In this document: in pieces, positions 27,032 through 38,387 of the stretch
Layout of the letters: each line of letters opens with the position of its first letter
How positions within the stretch are numbered: position 1 is the first letter of the stretch
IMG/VR virus record: IMGVR_UViG_3300018057_000010
Span: 1-64,000 of that record
Origin: a virus
Reading direction: 5' to 3' (one strand)
Length of the DNA: 64,000 bases
Notes under the pieces: generated by a model
The model's input: the letters and a program-made list of their open reading frames with translations, nothing else
Told to the model about the DNA's origin: nothing
Databases searched by the model: none
Translations under genes and position numbers: made by a program

Positions 27032-27364
27032 TCAGTTAACTCTACGATCTTCGTCGTCGGCCTCCGATTCCAAGATGCTCTGTATCTCTTTCATGCGTGT
27101 GTCGATGTCGTGCTTCTCTAGCATGTCGGCATGGAAGCGAAGCGTCTTGACGATCTCTGCTCGAAGCTCATTGGGGAGAATCTCCTTGTTGCCGAGAAAC
27201 ATATAAGGCAACCACATAAAATTGACGCATCCCTCCTGTTTTTCTGCATTGATGTTGAGCCTTAAGAAGGCGAGGGTGACGCCGTCATCGGAGACCGGGT
27301 CTTTAGTTAGTTGTTCGTAGGTTTGTGCAATCGCCTCGAAGGCCTTCGAGTATTTCCGAGTCAT
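27032..27364 (-). CDS. Hypothetical protein
   Basis: 110 aa, coupled stop/start. Confidence 0.6.
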   Translation of the reverse strand: MTRKYSKAFEAIAQTYEQLTKDPVSDDGVTLAFLRLNINAEKQEGCVNFMWLPYMFLGNKEILPNELRAEIVKTLRFHADMLEKHDIDTRMKEIQSILESEADDEDRRVN

Positions 27365-27549
27365 ATATGCATTCCTTTACAAGGCAACATCTTCGGATCT
27401 TTGTGAAGGTAGATCCCGGAGCAGTGTCTTTTCCCGCAGATGCAGCAGAATTCTTTGTTCCGCTCGATGAGGCGATGGGGGCGCCGGTCACCTTCGAATT
27501 CCTGCCAGCAATGATCGCAGATAGAATGCAGCCACTGATTCCCGCTCAT
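27361..27549 (-). CDS. Small Cys/His-rich protein
   Basis: HSICDHC...CCICG. Confidence 0.55.
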   Translation of the reverse strand: MSGNQWLHSICDHCWQEFEGDRRPHRLIERNKEFCCICGKRHCSGIYLHKDPKMLPCKGMHI

Positions 27550-27743
27550 TGCACTGTCCCTTTGCTTAATGAAACAACCCGTACAGCTCCATCGACTCCG
27601 GGAATAAACTTTGTGCCTCTCTCCAGATATTTCAGCAACTCCGCTGCAGGACGTCCTTCTTTCACATACTTCAGCAGTTCGACCTCATTCTCTTCGTAGG
27701 CGATCAATACACTGACGGCTGGATATTTAAAGCGCTTCAGCAT
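27546..27743 (-). CDS. Hypothetical protein
   Basis: 65 aa. Confidence 0.5.
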   Translation of the reverse strand: MLKRFKYPAVSVLIAYEENEVELLKYVKEGRPAAELLKYLERGTKFIPGVDGAVRVVSLSKGTVQ

Positions 27744-27796
27744 CCCGCCGCGTTCTGGCGCTTCGAGCGTAGCAGGATCGGCTTTTTTTCATGCGA

Positions 27797-28054
27797 TCAA
27801 GATTGTTCTTTTGGAGAACAATGATCAGGAAAGTTTCCTGACTCTCGTCGTTGTCGAGTATCGTGACAAGCATCTTCAAATCCCTTCTTTGCTCTCGCTT
27901 TCTCCAGCTGCGCTACTTGGAAGGCGACGAAGCTCTCCCAGACATCCTGCATGCTTTCGAAGTGATCCTCTTCGAGGATCTTGTGGAAGTCGGCATAGGT
28001 ATGCACGAGGTGGATCATGAGGTTCTTTTCGATCTCTTCAATGTTTAGCGACAC
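27797..28054 (-). CDS. Hypothetical protein
   Basis: 85 aa. Confidence 0.55.
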   Translation of the reverse strand: MSLNIEEIEKNLMIHLVHTYADFHKILEEDHFESMQDVWESFVAFQVAQLEKARAKKGFEDACHDTRQRRESGNFPDHCSPKEQS

Positions 28055-29074
28055 TCAAACTCCTCTCGTATACGGCTCAATCCAGATAGTCTTGCGCAGG
28101 CTACGCCCAGGTCCGTAGGGTTGTTGTTTCATTGCGCCACAGACCCAGTGGAATCTTGGCGAGGCATGCGTTCCGTCTCCGTGGATTCCTTCTCTACGGA
28201 TCTTATAATGCTCCCCGATAACATTGGGGTTCCAGAATTCTTTCGCTGTCTTCCCTTTTTTCGCAGTGACCTTCTTTTTCAGGCTTCCGGTCGTGACCAG
28301 TTCCGGACGGGCCTCCATGACGAAGAGGGTGCTGAAGACCAAGTGCATCACTTCGAGGCCGAGTTGGTTATCGGCGGGAGTCATGGTGACGCCCTCGCGC
28401 TCCCAGAAGCCGCCCTTATGGACGTTGTTCTTGTGTTGGTCCATGAGCGTGGCGATGTCGGGGATGCTGAGATAGGAGCCGTAGGCGTCGACGGGGATAT
28501 TCCAATGGCACAGAGCGCCGTTGACCATCCCGGCCATAAGGATGAAGCTTCCGTTCGTAATGCCGTACTGCTTTCCGGGGATCAGTTTGGACTCGAATTC
28601 GTCTCCGCTATGAAGGCGGGCATAAGCCACGAAGGCGACCTCGCCTTCGGCATCGTTCCGTAGGCAGCCCTTGGGGAGCATGAAGACGCAGGCTGGGAAC
28701 GGCAGCGGCATGTTATACCAGTCGAACTTCTGGGGAGGGGCTGTTTTCCGAATGGCCTGAGAGAGATCCTTGCCGAGCCAGTACATGGGAACGCCGTAGC
28801 GAACGAGGTGAGACATCGCGACGAACTGATAGAGTTCGCCTTCGCCGTTGGTGCCACTCATGACCTTGAGGCTATTGCTGACGATCTGGCTGGCTGGAAA
28901 ACGGGGCGAGAAATATTGCCCACAGCCGCTGGGTTCTTCGTAGTGCCGGGGATAGGCCAGACGGCAGAGTCGGGGTTCTACCTCGGCGATCCCGTCCATA
29001 TAGTTGCGCAGCTCCGTCCCGGTAAACTCCCGCTCACCGGTCGACACCGCCCGCAGATATAGCAGATCCTTCAT
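28055..29074 (-). CDS. Protein with HxSPRxHW C-terminal motif (AcrVA2/FinQ-like tail)
   Basis: HASPRFHWVCG..QPYGPGR..K.IWIEP. Confidence 0.6.
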   Translation of the reverse strand: MKDLLYLRAVSTGEREFTGTELRNYMDGIAEVEPRLCRLAYPRHYEEPSGCGQYFSPRFPASQIVSNSLKVMSGTNGEGELYQFVAMSHLVRYGVPMYWLGKDLSQAIRKTAPPQKFDWYNMPLPFPACVFMLPKGCLRNDAEGEVAFVAYARLHSGDEFESKLIPGKQYGITNGSFILMAGMVNGALCHWNIPVDAYGSYLSIPDIATLMDQHKNNVHKGGFWEREGVTMTPADNQLGLEVMHLVFSTLFVMEARPELVTTGSLKKKVTAKKGKTAKEFWNPNVIGEHYKIRREGIHGDGTHASPRFHWVCGAMKQQPYGPGRSLRKTIWIEPYTRGV

Positions 29075-29345
29075 TGCTTCTTCTTCGGCTTTGCGAGGAA
29101 GTCTTCCCAAGTAAGCCCGAGTTCCGCCTTGACCTCACTAGAAGCTGGCATTTCTACTTCCCTTCAGGACCCTACATTTGTAGCACAAGAATATTCCGAG
29201 AATACTATTCCAGAAATATTTCCACGCCAACTATTACTACTTGATAACCTGGATACCGAGCCGAGAAAACTGGATCTAAGTCCTTTAGATCCGTTAAGCG
29301 GAAAAGACAGATATCCACTCGAAAACCAAGGCGAAAGTTTATAAG

Positions 29346-29855
29346 TTAGTAACTAAGATCTTCCTCCCGCCGCCTTTCGCGCAACAGACAGAGATTACGT
29401 GGATAATCGAGCAGCGGCATTCCGCCTGCTTTGGAGACCACATCTAGCGGAAAAGTACAGCCCAGGTAAGCCGCCCCCTCGTTGACCCAAACCCCGTCGA
29501 TCAACCGTCTATCCCGATCCGTAACCCAAGCATGATGAGCCACGCGAGGAATACCGCGCTTAACCGCCACGCCCTCCACATAGCGCAATTGCGGATTGTT
29601 CAGACAACAGCGAAGCGAGTGCGCATAGCAGGCCCCTTCCGGCCCTCTCTCCCACTCCTCCCGCCACGGCTCTGGCGAATACCAGATCCCATGCCGCAGC
29701 AGATAATCCTCTGTCCCGCTGTAGCAGAACCCTTTAGCCTTCCGCTGAAAAGAGTGCTGCTGCTGCCTAAGTAGATCCAGCTGCTTCACAATCATCAACT
29801 GAAATTCGGAATCGAACTCGTTGAGCCGCCTTGTCCAGTCGCTATACGCCTTCAC
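29346..29855 (-). CDS. Putative transglutaminase/papain-like C-H-D protein
   Basis: GACYAHS...YVEG...HHAWVTD...LID. Confidence 0.5.
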   Translation of the reverse strand: MKAYSDWTRRLNEFDSEFQLMIVKQLDLLRQQQHSFQRKAKGFCYSGTEDYLLRHGIWYSPEPWREEWERGPEGACYAHSLRCCLNNPQLRYVEGVAVKRGIPRVAHHAWVTDRDRRLIDGVWVNEGAAYLGCTFPLDVVSKAGGMPLLDYPRNLCLLRERRREEDLSY

Positions 29856-30524
29856 TCGATCCCTACAAACTCGGAGGCCTTCAAGATCTCCTCCATCTTG
29901 TCCGTCTCCGGATGGAGTGGATACATCAGCGCCAGCCGCGCCTCGATCCGATGCATCACCCGCCACAAATGCGACAAACCCCTCACCCCTATCGTCACCA
30001 TCACCGCGATATGAGCCAATATCAACAGTTCCAAATACCCTCTCATCGTTCCTCCCTCTTTCTTATCAAGGCAAGACAGAACTTACAGGTCACGCTGTCT
30101 TGCTCCCCAGATGAGTTCATCCCATCTTTCGACTGCCGGTTGCTCCTGCCACACAACGTGGAGATGATCGTTGCCGGGACCCCAAAACGTATTGCCTCCC
30201 GACTCGTCGCGTAATGAACAACCGCTTTCGGAAGATCCTTCCCTCTGCATTGCGCCCACGAACATAAGCAATGATTCTTCTTGCACTTACGACAATATTT
30301 ACGCATCCCGTAACAGGCTGGACATGTGCTCATCTCAAATCGGTCTCGGGAGTCCCATCGTCGTCAGCCTCTTTTAAGGTCTGCTCTGCGACTGTAACGT
30401 CTCTTTCTCCTGCTATCTGCTGAACCGATTTAAGAACTTTTACAAACTGCTCACGAAGCCTGATTTCATTCTCCAGGTAGTCTATTTTTCTACGTTCAAT
30501 CTCTACAGCTTCTTCAATTGTCAT
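29852..30524 (-). other. Three small translationally coupled ORFs (30330-30524, 30043-30333 Cys-rich, 29852-30046 TM)
   Basis: ATGA overlaps, ORF track. Confidence 0.55.
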
Positions 30525-31369
30525 CGACGTTCACAAATCCCCTTTCCTGGTTATCGCTACGGAATACTTGTAGCACAAATAAGAAATAAAATCTGGAGAG
30601 AAAAATATTTCTACATGGGGAGTCAAGTCTTTTGGCGCGCCCGGTGTGTCTCCCTACCCCCTTGCCCCCGCCCTTCGCGCCCGCTGCCCACCCTCCTTTC
30701 GAGCGGAAAGCCGTCGCGTCCCGTTCACCAAAGGTGTATTCGGAGCTATCCGTACACCAAAGGACCGTAAGGGGAACGGTCTGAAAGCCGCTCCAGACGC
30801 GCATTTGAGCTATGTCGTAGCACCTAGGAGGGTTAGCGGACGCGTTATAGGGCATCCTAACGCCAAGTTTTAGGACGTTTGCGACCTGGCAACGCGACAT
30901 CGTTCACATAGGCGTCTGTGAGCTTGCCCGAATTCCACGCGACAATAACCCAATCGCACGGGCGACGAGCGTCAGACGTCTCTTTCATGGTCTTCGTAAC
31001 TTTATTACTGGTTTTCGTGCTGTTGTGGTGTTTTGCAGGGTGTTTCGAGTGCGGCTGTGCTTGCTGAGTGGCTGCGTGCTGGGTTTGTTGGGGATGTTGC
31101 TGAGTTTGGGCCAGGGGAAATGACTGAGGATTGCTTGCTGTGCAGGCTGTAAGGCTGTGCATTGCGTTTGAGGGTTTGTTGATATGCGATTGGATGACTT
31201 CGAGAGCGGCAGAGCGCTGAGAGGCGTTCGAGAGCTGAGAGCGTCTCTTCTCTCTCTTAGCATCTCTTGAGACTTGAGAAGATCCTAAGAGCCTAACGGT
31301 TTCGGGCAAGCGTTGACGGTCTTTGGAGTCCTCTTGCAGGATTACGGCCGAATCCGACCGAAGAGAGGT

Positions 31370-33937
31370 TTAGTCTTCTTCGATCACGTTCCATTCTCCA
31401 ACCTTGTTACCATTCTCATCATGGATAAACCCATTGATGGACGGGTTTAACACTTCATTAGTGTAAGTTGAACGTCCGATTGACCTAACAATTGCATCTG
31501 TCACTTCCCATGCCGTTTGCATGGCATCGTTACCCAACGTAATTTCAAGCTTCAACTTCATTCTTCCCCCTCTGCAACTTGCTCGAAGTCGAAGCCATCG
31601 ACGGCAGTTCCGCCTTCTGCGTCTACCACGGACCAAGCGGCGCCGGTTTCAGGTTCAGTAATCCACCACTGCCCATGTTCGAAGTGTGCGCATAGTCCCT
31701 CACGGTCTATGATTTGACTAGCTGCGTCCATGACTCTTGCTTCTATCGCTCGCGTATTGGTTTCGGTTTTCAGCATCTTTAATCTCCCTTGGAGTTATGG
31801 GACGGCCGAACCGTCCCATAATTGGACTCAGACTTGACTAGGATCAGGCAAGCTTTGCCAGACTTCCGCAGCTGGGAACGGTGTTGTCTGGAGCTCTCGC
31901 TCTAGACGCGCTGCGGTTTGGCGCTGGAAGTCTGCCTCAGCTGGGTTTGTCACGGCATACTTGGCGACGAGAGCAAGAGCCTTGTCTCTTTGCCATGCCT
32001 TGAGCTGGTAAGGGTGAATTGGGTTCACTTGTCACCGCCGACACTATCCCAGCCATAAGGCGCCCGTCCTGCAATGGCCCTGACGAACTCCTCTTGAGCT
32101 TTCTCACGCATCGCTACGGCATTGTTCAACGCTTCCAAGTGATAAACGGCAATGCTGTTGCGCTCTCGCAACATTCCATCGATCAAATCGCCCGCATCCT
32201 TTAGAAGAAACGTTGCTGTGTTGGCGACAATCACCGTCGCATCTTCTAGAACGCTTTGAGCATTCGCTACCCGTTTCTGGCCCTCTGGCGTCTGCAAGCC
32301 TATCGGAGTGATGTCAACGGTTTTCGGCTGCGGTTGCTCGTCTTCCGTCTCCGCTTCGTCTTCGTCCTCAGCTAGGGAGGCTTTTGCTTCCTCTTCCGTG
32401 TCGTATACGCTCCAATCGGTACAATCCAAGTAACCGGGGGCACTCAGCCGTGCGCCGTAACCTTGAATGTTCTTCCATTCATGCGGTTCCCCTGCTGTGT
32501 ATTGCCAAATCGCTTTCTTGTACTTCTCTCGCTCGTCATCGGTTAGCGGTTGCACTTGCGTTTCAGAATCGCGGACGAATAAGCCTAAATCGCCAGCTGG
32601 TAGAAACTCTGTTCCGTCGCTCGTCTCAACTTCAAGCCAATTCTGCTTTCCTGTAATCTGCTGTTGCATATGTGTCATTGCTTCATCTCCTAACGGCTGG
32701 TTTTACCGTTGTTCGTTAACGCGCTGAAATGTTACACGCATCTCTTTGTTAAAAGCTTCGTGAGCGGCTTCAACTGCATAGCGCTCATGCCAGAGGACAA
32801 TACCGGCCTTGTGATCAGCAAGGCCGCATTTACAGCTATTGAGTCCATAATGTGATGGGTTAATGCGTACAAAATGGTGACCTTGTGCATTAAGCAGGTT
32901 GCGCATATGGAATACTACGGTTGATTCCTTTGCGATGCGCTTATCTCCAGTTTCGCGTATCAGGCTACAGCTGCCTGTACCTAAATTTACTTTCATTCCC
33001 ATATCTCCTAACGGCTGGTTGCCGTTGCGTTACGGTTTTACAGCTTTCTGTCTAAACCAGCTGCATTTATCAGCACCATGAGCGCCAGCTGATCTAATGC
33101 AGTAAGGTCTTCATGGATGGCAAGCCAAATCTTCGATTTCCGCTCTAAATCCTCTAAACATGCAGCTATAAAGTCGTCATCCACGTAGAGTTCAGAGCGC
33201 ACAGCTACAATTTTTCCGTTTCCATGCGGGCGAAGGATGGCCTTCAGGTTTGCAATTAAATTGGGTTCGTCTGTCATTTGTTTACTCATCTGGGTTAGTG
33301 GCAATGATCGCAGCGATTACAGGATCAGCCGCGAACAGTTCCGCCGGAACGGTGAACATATTAAGGTTTTCTTGGTCGAAAGGTTCGCTTGCGTTCCCTA
33401 AGTTGATAATGCCTGCGTATTCCGGATAACCTTCGCTGTCCGTGCCTGTCTGGTAATCGGGCAGTTCTTTCTCTGTGACTAGCAAGAAATCAAGATGCCC
33501 ACTGTCCGCAGCTGCGTCGAAAGCATCTTGCTCGCAATAGGCAAAATACTCTGGAAAGACAATTGCGGCCACGAACCCAGCATTGTGAATCACATAAGCT
33601 TGAGGGTTGCTGTTTCCCCAAACGTGGTGATGGAAATCATAGGAATCAGGATTGACAAAGTCTTTTTCTGCGTAATGGAAATCAAGATTGTCAACGTGTA
33701 TCGTGCGCGTGGAAATGTCTAAGGCTGTCATTAGTCTTTCGCCCCTTTCCGCTTCGAAATTACGTATCCCTCAGGGAGAGAAATGGTCATTCTTAAGATG
33801 TCACCTGTGGTCTTCCTAACGTCAAGCGGCTCCACATAGGCAACGGCATAGGGTTTGGTGTATACGCGAACAGCTACTTCAATGCGGTCCTGATCGTTCA
33901 TCCCTGCGATTACTGCTTTCAGCTCTCCAACTGTCAT
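31370..33937 (-). other. Array of small early-type phage genes (31370-31561, 31558-31776, 31828-32028, 32025-32678, 32703-33002, 33038-33277, 33282-33731, 33731-33937)
   Basis: Tightly packed short ORFs with SDs; visibly lower GC than structural genes. Confidence 0.65.
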
Positions 33938-34344
33938 TACTGTTGTCCTTTCTCTGCATAGAAAGACGCCAAAGCTTCACAAGCTAGTTCAGCCTCAATC
34001 ACGCGTCTGTATTCGTTGTTGGCGTCATCAATACATCCGAGACTAGCAATAACATTGCCTTTTTCGTCACGGCAAATGCACTGCTCACAGCTATCAGGTT
34101 CGCGTTCCGCATAGGCGGAGTCGGCGCCGTACGCTTCCTTGTGGTTGCCTATGCTCCAATCATCGGACCACTCGAACGTATAGCCATAAGCGCGGGCGTC
34201 ACGCTCTGCTTTCGCAAGCTTGCGCGCTGTTTTGTAAGCGTCTACAGCAGGCCGTGTTGACGAAAATGGGGAGTGGGTGAATTGGGATATAGTCGTGTCC
34301 ACAGATGTTGCAAGTGGACACGACGAGAAGGAAATGTTGGTTAT

Positions 34345-34650
34345 TTACTTTGAGTGGGAATGATTGACTTCGTCGGTATAGATGTTACTGCTGAGGGCTT
34401 GGCCCACAGCCAGGTCAAGTCGTTGGAGGAGTTGGGGTAAAGATTCGCCGTCGCGGCGTACCAGCAGGGCCAAACTATTCTGTCCGTCGTGAGCTACGGC
34501 GACACAGTCGAAGGGGCGAAGCACGCCGAGGGTAATCTGGCCATAGCGGAGGATAAGCTCAGCGAGGTTGTGCCGCGATGAGAGATCCTTGCTTGTCTTT
34601 TCTACGCTGCCAGGTCGACCGGTTGCGGCAAGTTTGTTGCGACGTTCCAA
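34345..34650 (-). CDS. IS66 passenger ORF
   Basis: Inside the TIRs downstream of tnpC; start uncertain. Confidence 0.45.
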   Translation of the reverse strand: MERRNKLAATGRPGSVEKTSKDLSSRHNLAELILRYGQITLGVLRPFDCVAVAHDGQNSLALLVRRDGESLPQLLQRLDLAVGQALSSNIYTDEVNHSHSK

Positions 34651-36194
34651 GGTAGCAGTTCCTCGACACGGTTGATGGGATGATCGGCGATATGCTCCAA
34701 GACATAACGCAGATACGCTTCCGGGTCCAGACCATTGAGCTTGGCAGAGCCCACCAGGGAATAGATAGCTGCAGCCCGTTCCCCACCTGAGTCCGAGCCC
34801 GCGAACAGGTAATTCTTTCGGCCCACGGCAATGGAGCGCAAGGCCCTCTCGGCAGCGTTATTGTCTATCTCAATCCGACCATCGTCGCAGTAAAGCACCA
34901 GTGCACTCCAAAGGGCAAGAGCATAGCGAATCGCCGCCGCAGTGACAGACTTGGGTGACAGCTTGGCTAAAGACTCCTCGAGCCAGGCATGCATAGAATC
35001 TAGCAGTGGCCGCGCCCTTTGACTGCGAACCTGTTGTCGTTGCGCTGCGGGTCGTCCTCGAATTTCCTTTTCGATCGCATACAGGGCCGCGATGCGTTCC
35101 ACCGCTTCGCTGGCGATCGAAGACTGATGCGCTTCCACCAAGTCATAAAACTTACGGCGGATATGCGCCATACAGGGAGCCTGTTGGATGGAACCGTCTT
35201 TATAAATTTGGTTGAAACCGGCATAAGCATCTGCCTGGAGGATGCCATGGAAGTTCGCCAGATGCTGTTGCGGATGTTCTCCTTTGCGATCAGGCGAGTA
35301 AGCAAACCATGCAGCAGGTGCGTCCAAAGATCCCCAGGGGCGATCATCGCGAACGTAAGTCCACAAACGTCCGGTCTTGGTCTTGCCGTTGCCGGGAGCC
35401 AGGACCGGCACGGGTGTATCGTCGGCGTGCAGCTTGTCGGCCGCCATTACGTAGCGGCGCAAGGCTTCCACCAGCGGAGCAAGTAACTGACTACCTTCGC
35501 CTACCCACTTGGCTAACGTGGATCGATCCAGTTCGACACCTTCTCGGGCATAGATATCGGACTGTCGGTATAAGGGCAAATGATCACAAAATTTTGCAGT
35601 TAGCACGTGAGCTAGAAGTCCAGGACCGGCAAGACCGCGTTCAATCGGGCGGCTGGGCGCCGCTGCCTGCACGATGGTGTCGCATCCACTGCAGCACAGC
35701 CTGGGGCGCACATGCCGAATCACTACGAAGCTGGCCGGAATGTACTCTAGCACCTCAGAAATATCTTCGCCGAGCTTCTTCAGCGTGCCGCCGCAATCCG
35801 GGCAGGACTCTTGCTCAGGGAGATGCGTCTGAACTTTACGCGGCAGATGATCTGGCAGTGGGCGCCGCTTTCTGCCTGCTCTTCTTGCTGGCGAGGACGC
35901 AGTCTTAGCTGGAGTTTCACTCTCTGGCTGCGAGGCTTGTTCCGCCTGCTTGGCTTCCAGTTCTTCCAGCTTCAGTTCCAGTTGCTCGATCTGCCGGGTC
36001 AGCTTCTCCGACCGCCGTCCAAACTGCATACGTCGCAACTTGTCCACCAGCAGTTTCAGATGCTCGATCTCACTGTCGCTGGAGACGATCCGCAGTTGTT
36101 GCGCCACAATGATCGCCTTCAAAGCATCTGGCTCCAGAGCGTCCAGATCAGGCAACGAGAGGTGCGCGGCAACCATGGAAAAAGTATGCCACAA
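34602..36194 (-). CDS. tnpC: IS66 DDE transposase TnpC
   Basis: [47 protein letters not shown]. Confidence 0.97.
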   Translation of the reverse strand: MWHTFSMVAAHLSLPDLDALEPDALKAIIVAQQLRIVSSDSEIEHLKLLVDKLRRMQFGRRSEKLTRQIEQLELKLEELEAKQAEQASQPESETPAKTASSPARRAGRKRRPLPDHLPRKVQTHLPEQESCPDCGGTLKKLGEDISEVLEYIPASFVVIRHVRPRLCCSGCDTIVQAAAPSRPIERGLAGPGLLAHVLTAKFCDHLPLYRQSDIYAREGVELDRSTLAKWVGEGSQLLAPLVEALRRYVMAADKLHADDTPVPVLAPGNGKTKTGRLWTYVRDDRPWGSLDAPAAWFAYSPDRKGEHPQQHLANFHGILQADAYAGFNQIYKDGSIQQAPCMAHIRRKFYDLVEAHQSSIASEAVERIAALYAIEKEIRGRPAAQRQQVRSQRARPLLDSMHAWLEESLAKLSPKSVTAAAIRYALALWSALVLYCDDGRIEIDNNAAERALRSIAVGRKNYLFAGSDSGGERAAAIYSLVGSAKLNGLDPEAYLRYVLEHIADHPINRVEELLPWNVATNLPQPVDLAA

Positions 36195-36252
36195 ACTATA
36201 ACTTTTGCACCATGCAAAATGAGCTATGAGGCATATAACTTATCAGATACGG

Positions 36253-36600
36253 TTACACTTCCATCAGGGGTGCAAAGCTACGCGCCGGCCTCCGCCAATC
36301 GATACCTTCGCATAACATCGAAAGTTGCGCCCGTGTCAGCGATACGGTTCCACTCTGCGCCTGAGGCCAAACATAGCGACCACGGTCAAGGCGTTTTTGA
36401 TATAGGCATAGACCGTCTCCATCGTGCCATAGAAGTTTTACCAGATCGCCTCTGCGCCCCCGAAAGATAAACACCTGACCGCAGAGAGGACTCTGTTGGA
36501 GCACAGTCTGCACCATCGCACATAGTCCCGTAAAACCACGTCACATGTCGGTCACTCCCGCCACGATCCAGATATCTGTGTTCGCCGGAAACGGAATCAT
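36253..36600 (-). pseudogene. tnpB: IS66 TnpB accessory protein with in-frame TGA
   Basis: MIPFPANTDIWIVAGVTDM*RGFTGL; stop at 36541-36543 replaces Arg of the DMRxG motif. Confidence 0.85.
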
Positions 36601-37001
36601 CCTCGTAGGCTCTCCAGCACCGCCCGTATCGCCGTCAAGTCGGCACTGCCCACCACCCTTACCACGGCCCTTCCTGGAAACTCGATCTGAATCGTTCCCC
36701 TCGAGCCTTCAGTCGATTTCCTTGCTGGGGCTTCTTCCTGTGTTGCTTCGTCGTTGACTAGCACTGGCAGCAGACGCACACCTGTGCCTTCTGTATTACT
36801 GGACGGCTCGCCCAGGAGTCCTGCCTGATACAGCTTGCGCCAATGAAATAGTTGGTTAGCATTTATGCCATGCTCTCGTGCCACCATCGCCACCGATTTC
36901 CCTCCGCATAGCGTCTCCTCTACGATCTGACTCCGCTCCTCTCGCGTACGATACCGCCGCGTCATCTTCCTTCCTGCAATCGCCTCTGTTCCTGTCTCCA
37001 T
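36597..37001 (-). CDS. tnpA: IS66 TnpA (HTH)
   Basis: SVAMVAREHGINANQLFHWRK. Confidence 0.9.
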   Translation of the reverse strand: METGTEAIAGRKMTRRYRTREERSQIVEETLCGGKSVAMVAREHGINANQLFHWRKLYQAGLLGEPSSNTEGTGVRLLPVLVNDEATQEEAPARKSTEGSRGTIQIEFPGRAVVRVVGSADLTAIRAVLESLRG

Positions 37002-37339
37002 CCTTGCCCTCTCCCTGTGCCACCTTCAGTTGCACCACAAGACAAGAATGCCTAGCTGCGTTCATCCCGTCTAGACGGCCATCGCTCCACGCTTACGCTG
37101 TTTTAGCCTTGCCTTGTGCAGGGGTTTCGGTTTGCGGGTTGTAGGAATAGCCTGCATTTGCTAGGAAAAACCGAAATGCGGCTTGCTGTGCGGTTTGCTT
37201 CTTGGCTGGAAACATCTCTCAGCTCCTTTCAGGTTGTTGCGGTCTGGTTACCGCTGTCCATGATTCAATCACGGCTCTAAACTCACGTCAAGAAAATTAA
37301 ATGAATTTGCGGCATGGAGTCCGATAATCGGACATAGGT

Positions 37340-37476
37340 GCGTGACTTGGCAAGGCTCCATCGTGCCAAGTTGGCATGATGCAAGGCGCCACATTGGCGC
37401 CATGGTGTGATGATACGAAAGGATTTAGATTGGGAAGAAATACCAGAGTGGCACGATGCAAGGCGCCACTCTGGCA
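37340..37476. repeat. Iteron-like palindrome cluster YGCCA-N3-TGGCR
   Basis: Copies at 37364, 37387, 37441, 37464 in pairs 23 bp apart. Confidence 0.75.
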
Positions 37477-37481
37477 TGATA

Positions 37482-37946
37482 CTAGGCAATTAGGCTGTTG
37501 TAAATCGCATCTGGCAAGTCATAAGTGCGCCGTGCTACAAAGATCGATACACCCTTTTCAGCACACATCTCGATACGGTTTTCGAGCGAAAGACTTTCCC
37601 AATAGGACATAGCTTCCTCATATTCAAGGTTGCTCCAGTCGTCCTCACACAACACGGGATAGTCTTCAAGCTTGCTTTCCATCTCTTCTGCTAGCTTAAT
37701 TTGTTCCGTTGCTGTCTTGTGTATCGCTATCCATTCAATCCAGCCGCAAGCCCAATGCGATTCTCGGACCACGGTTACAAGAGAGATGCCGTTGTCATCC
37801 TCTCCCGTTTCTCCGCCTAAACGCTCCAAGGCAACGCGGAAGTTACTCCGCTGCAATGCGCTGGAATCTCTGTTTTGACCAAGGAATATGTAATAGTCAG
37901 GCCATGAGGCGCCACAATAAGAGTCTGGAAGGGTCCAAAGGTTCAC
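37482..37946 (-). CDS. Conserved phage protein
   Basis: RDS.AL.RSNF, HWACGWIE, LEDYPVL motifs. Confidence 0.75.
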   Translation of the reverse strand: MNLWTLPDSYCGASWPDYYIFLGQNRDSSALQRSNFRVALERLGGETGEDDNGISLVTVVRESHWACGWIEWIAIHKTATEQIKLAEEMESKLEDYPVLCEDDWSNLEYEEAMSYWESLSLENRIEMCAEKGVSIFVARRTYDLPDAIYNSLIA

Positions 37947-38200
37947 AGGGAGCCGCCTTTCGTTGCAGGCAAGATGCGATATGCACGTGACAACTCTTCA
38001 ACGGTGCCTTTTGTAAAAGATTCCCATTTGCCATTGACTAGGCGCTCCGTATAAAGCTGTAAGACTCTGGAATCATTCACATAAGAATGTGCGGTAGAAA
38101 TTCTAAATATCTCTCCGGGGTATGCTGCCAGCCCAAAAGTAGCGGGAAACTTGGTTATCGCTGCATCTACTAAAGCTCTCTGTTCTGCGTATCCAATCAT
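37943..38200 (-). CDS. Hypothetical protein
   Basis: 85 aa, GGAG SD. Confidence 0.6.
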   Translation of the reverse strand: MIGYAEQRALVDAAITKFPATFGLAAYPGEIFRISTAHSYVNDSRVLQLYTERLVNGKWESFTKGTVEELSRAYRILPATKGGSL

Positions 38201-38298
38201 TTACTCATCTCCTGACAGCTGGTAGCTGTCAGATATGATCCTGCTACAAGCGGAGAGTGTACGTCAAGCAAATTTTATTATTTATCGGAGTGGCAATA

Positions 38299-38328
38299 GA
38301 AAAGGGGCGACCGTTACGCCGTCGCCCC
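38299..38328 (-). terminator. Intrinsic terminator
   Basis: GGGGCGAC/GTCGCCCC stem plus T-run. Confidence 0.7.
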
Positions 38329-38387
38329 ATGTGCAGGTAACCAGCCTGCAAGCGTTCTACCGTGCGGAGATTAAGCACGGAAAGAAG

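Larger units (their letters stand above)
34234..37096 (-). mobile_element. IS66-family insertion sequence
   Basis: TIRs beginning GTAAGCGT at both ends; 8-bp TSD GCTGTTTT at 34226-34233 and 37097-37104; tnpA/B/C. Confidence 0.95.
33937..37215 (-). pseudogene. Phage gene split by IS66 (MFPAKKQ...GKAKT|ARKLAKAERDAR...)
   Basis: Removing the IS and one TSD copy restores a continuous frame from ATG 37215 to stop 33937. Confidence 0.85.

Noticed and set aside
33937-34302. 121-aa ORF as an intact gene
   Set aside because: Its N-terminus derives from the IS66 end; the real 5' half lies at 37097-37215
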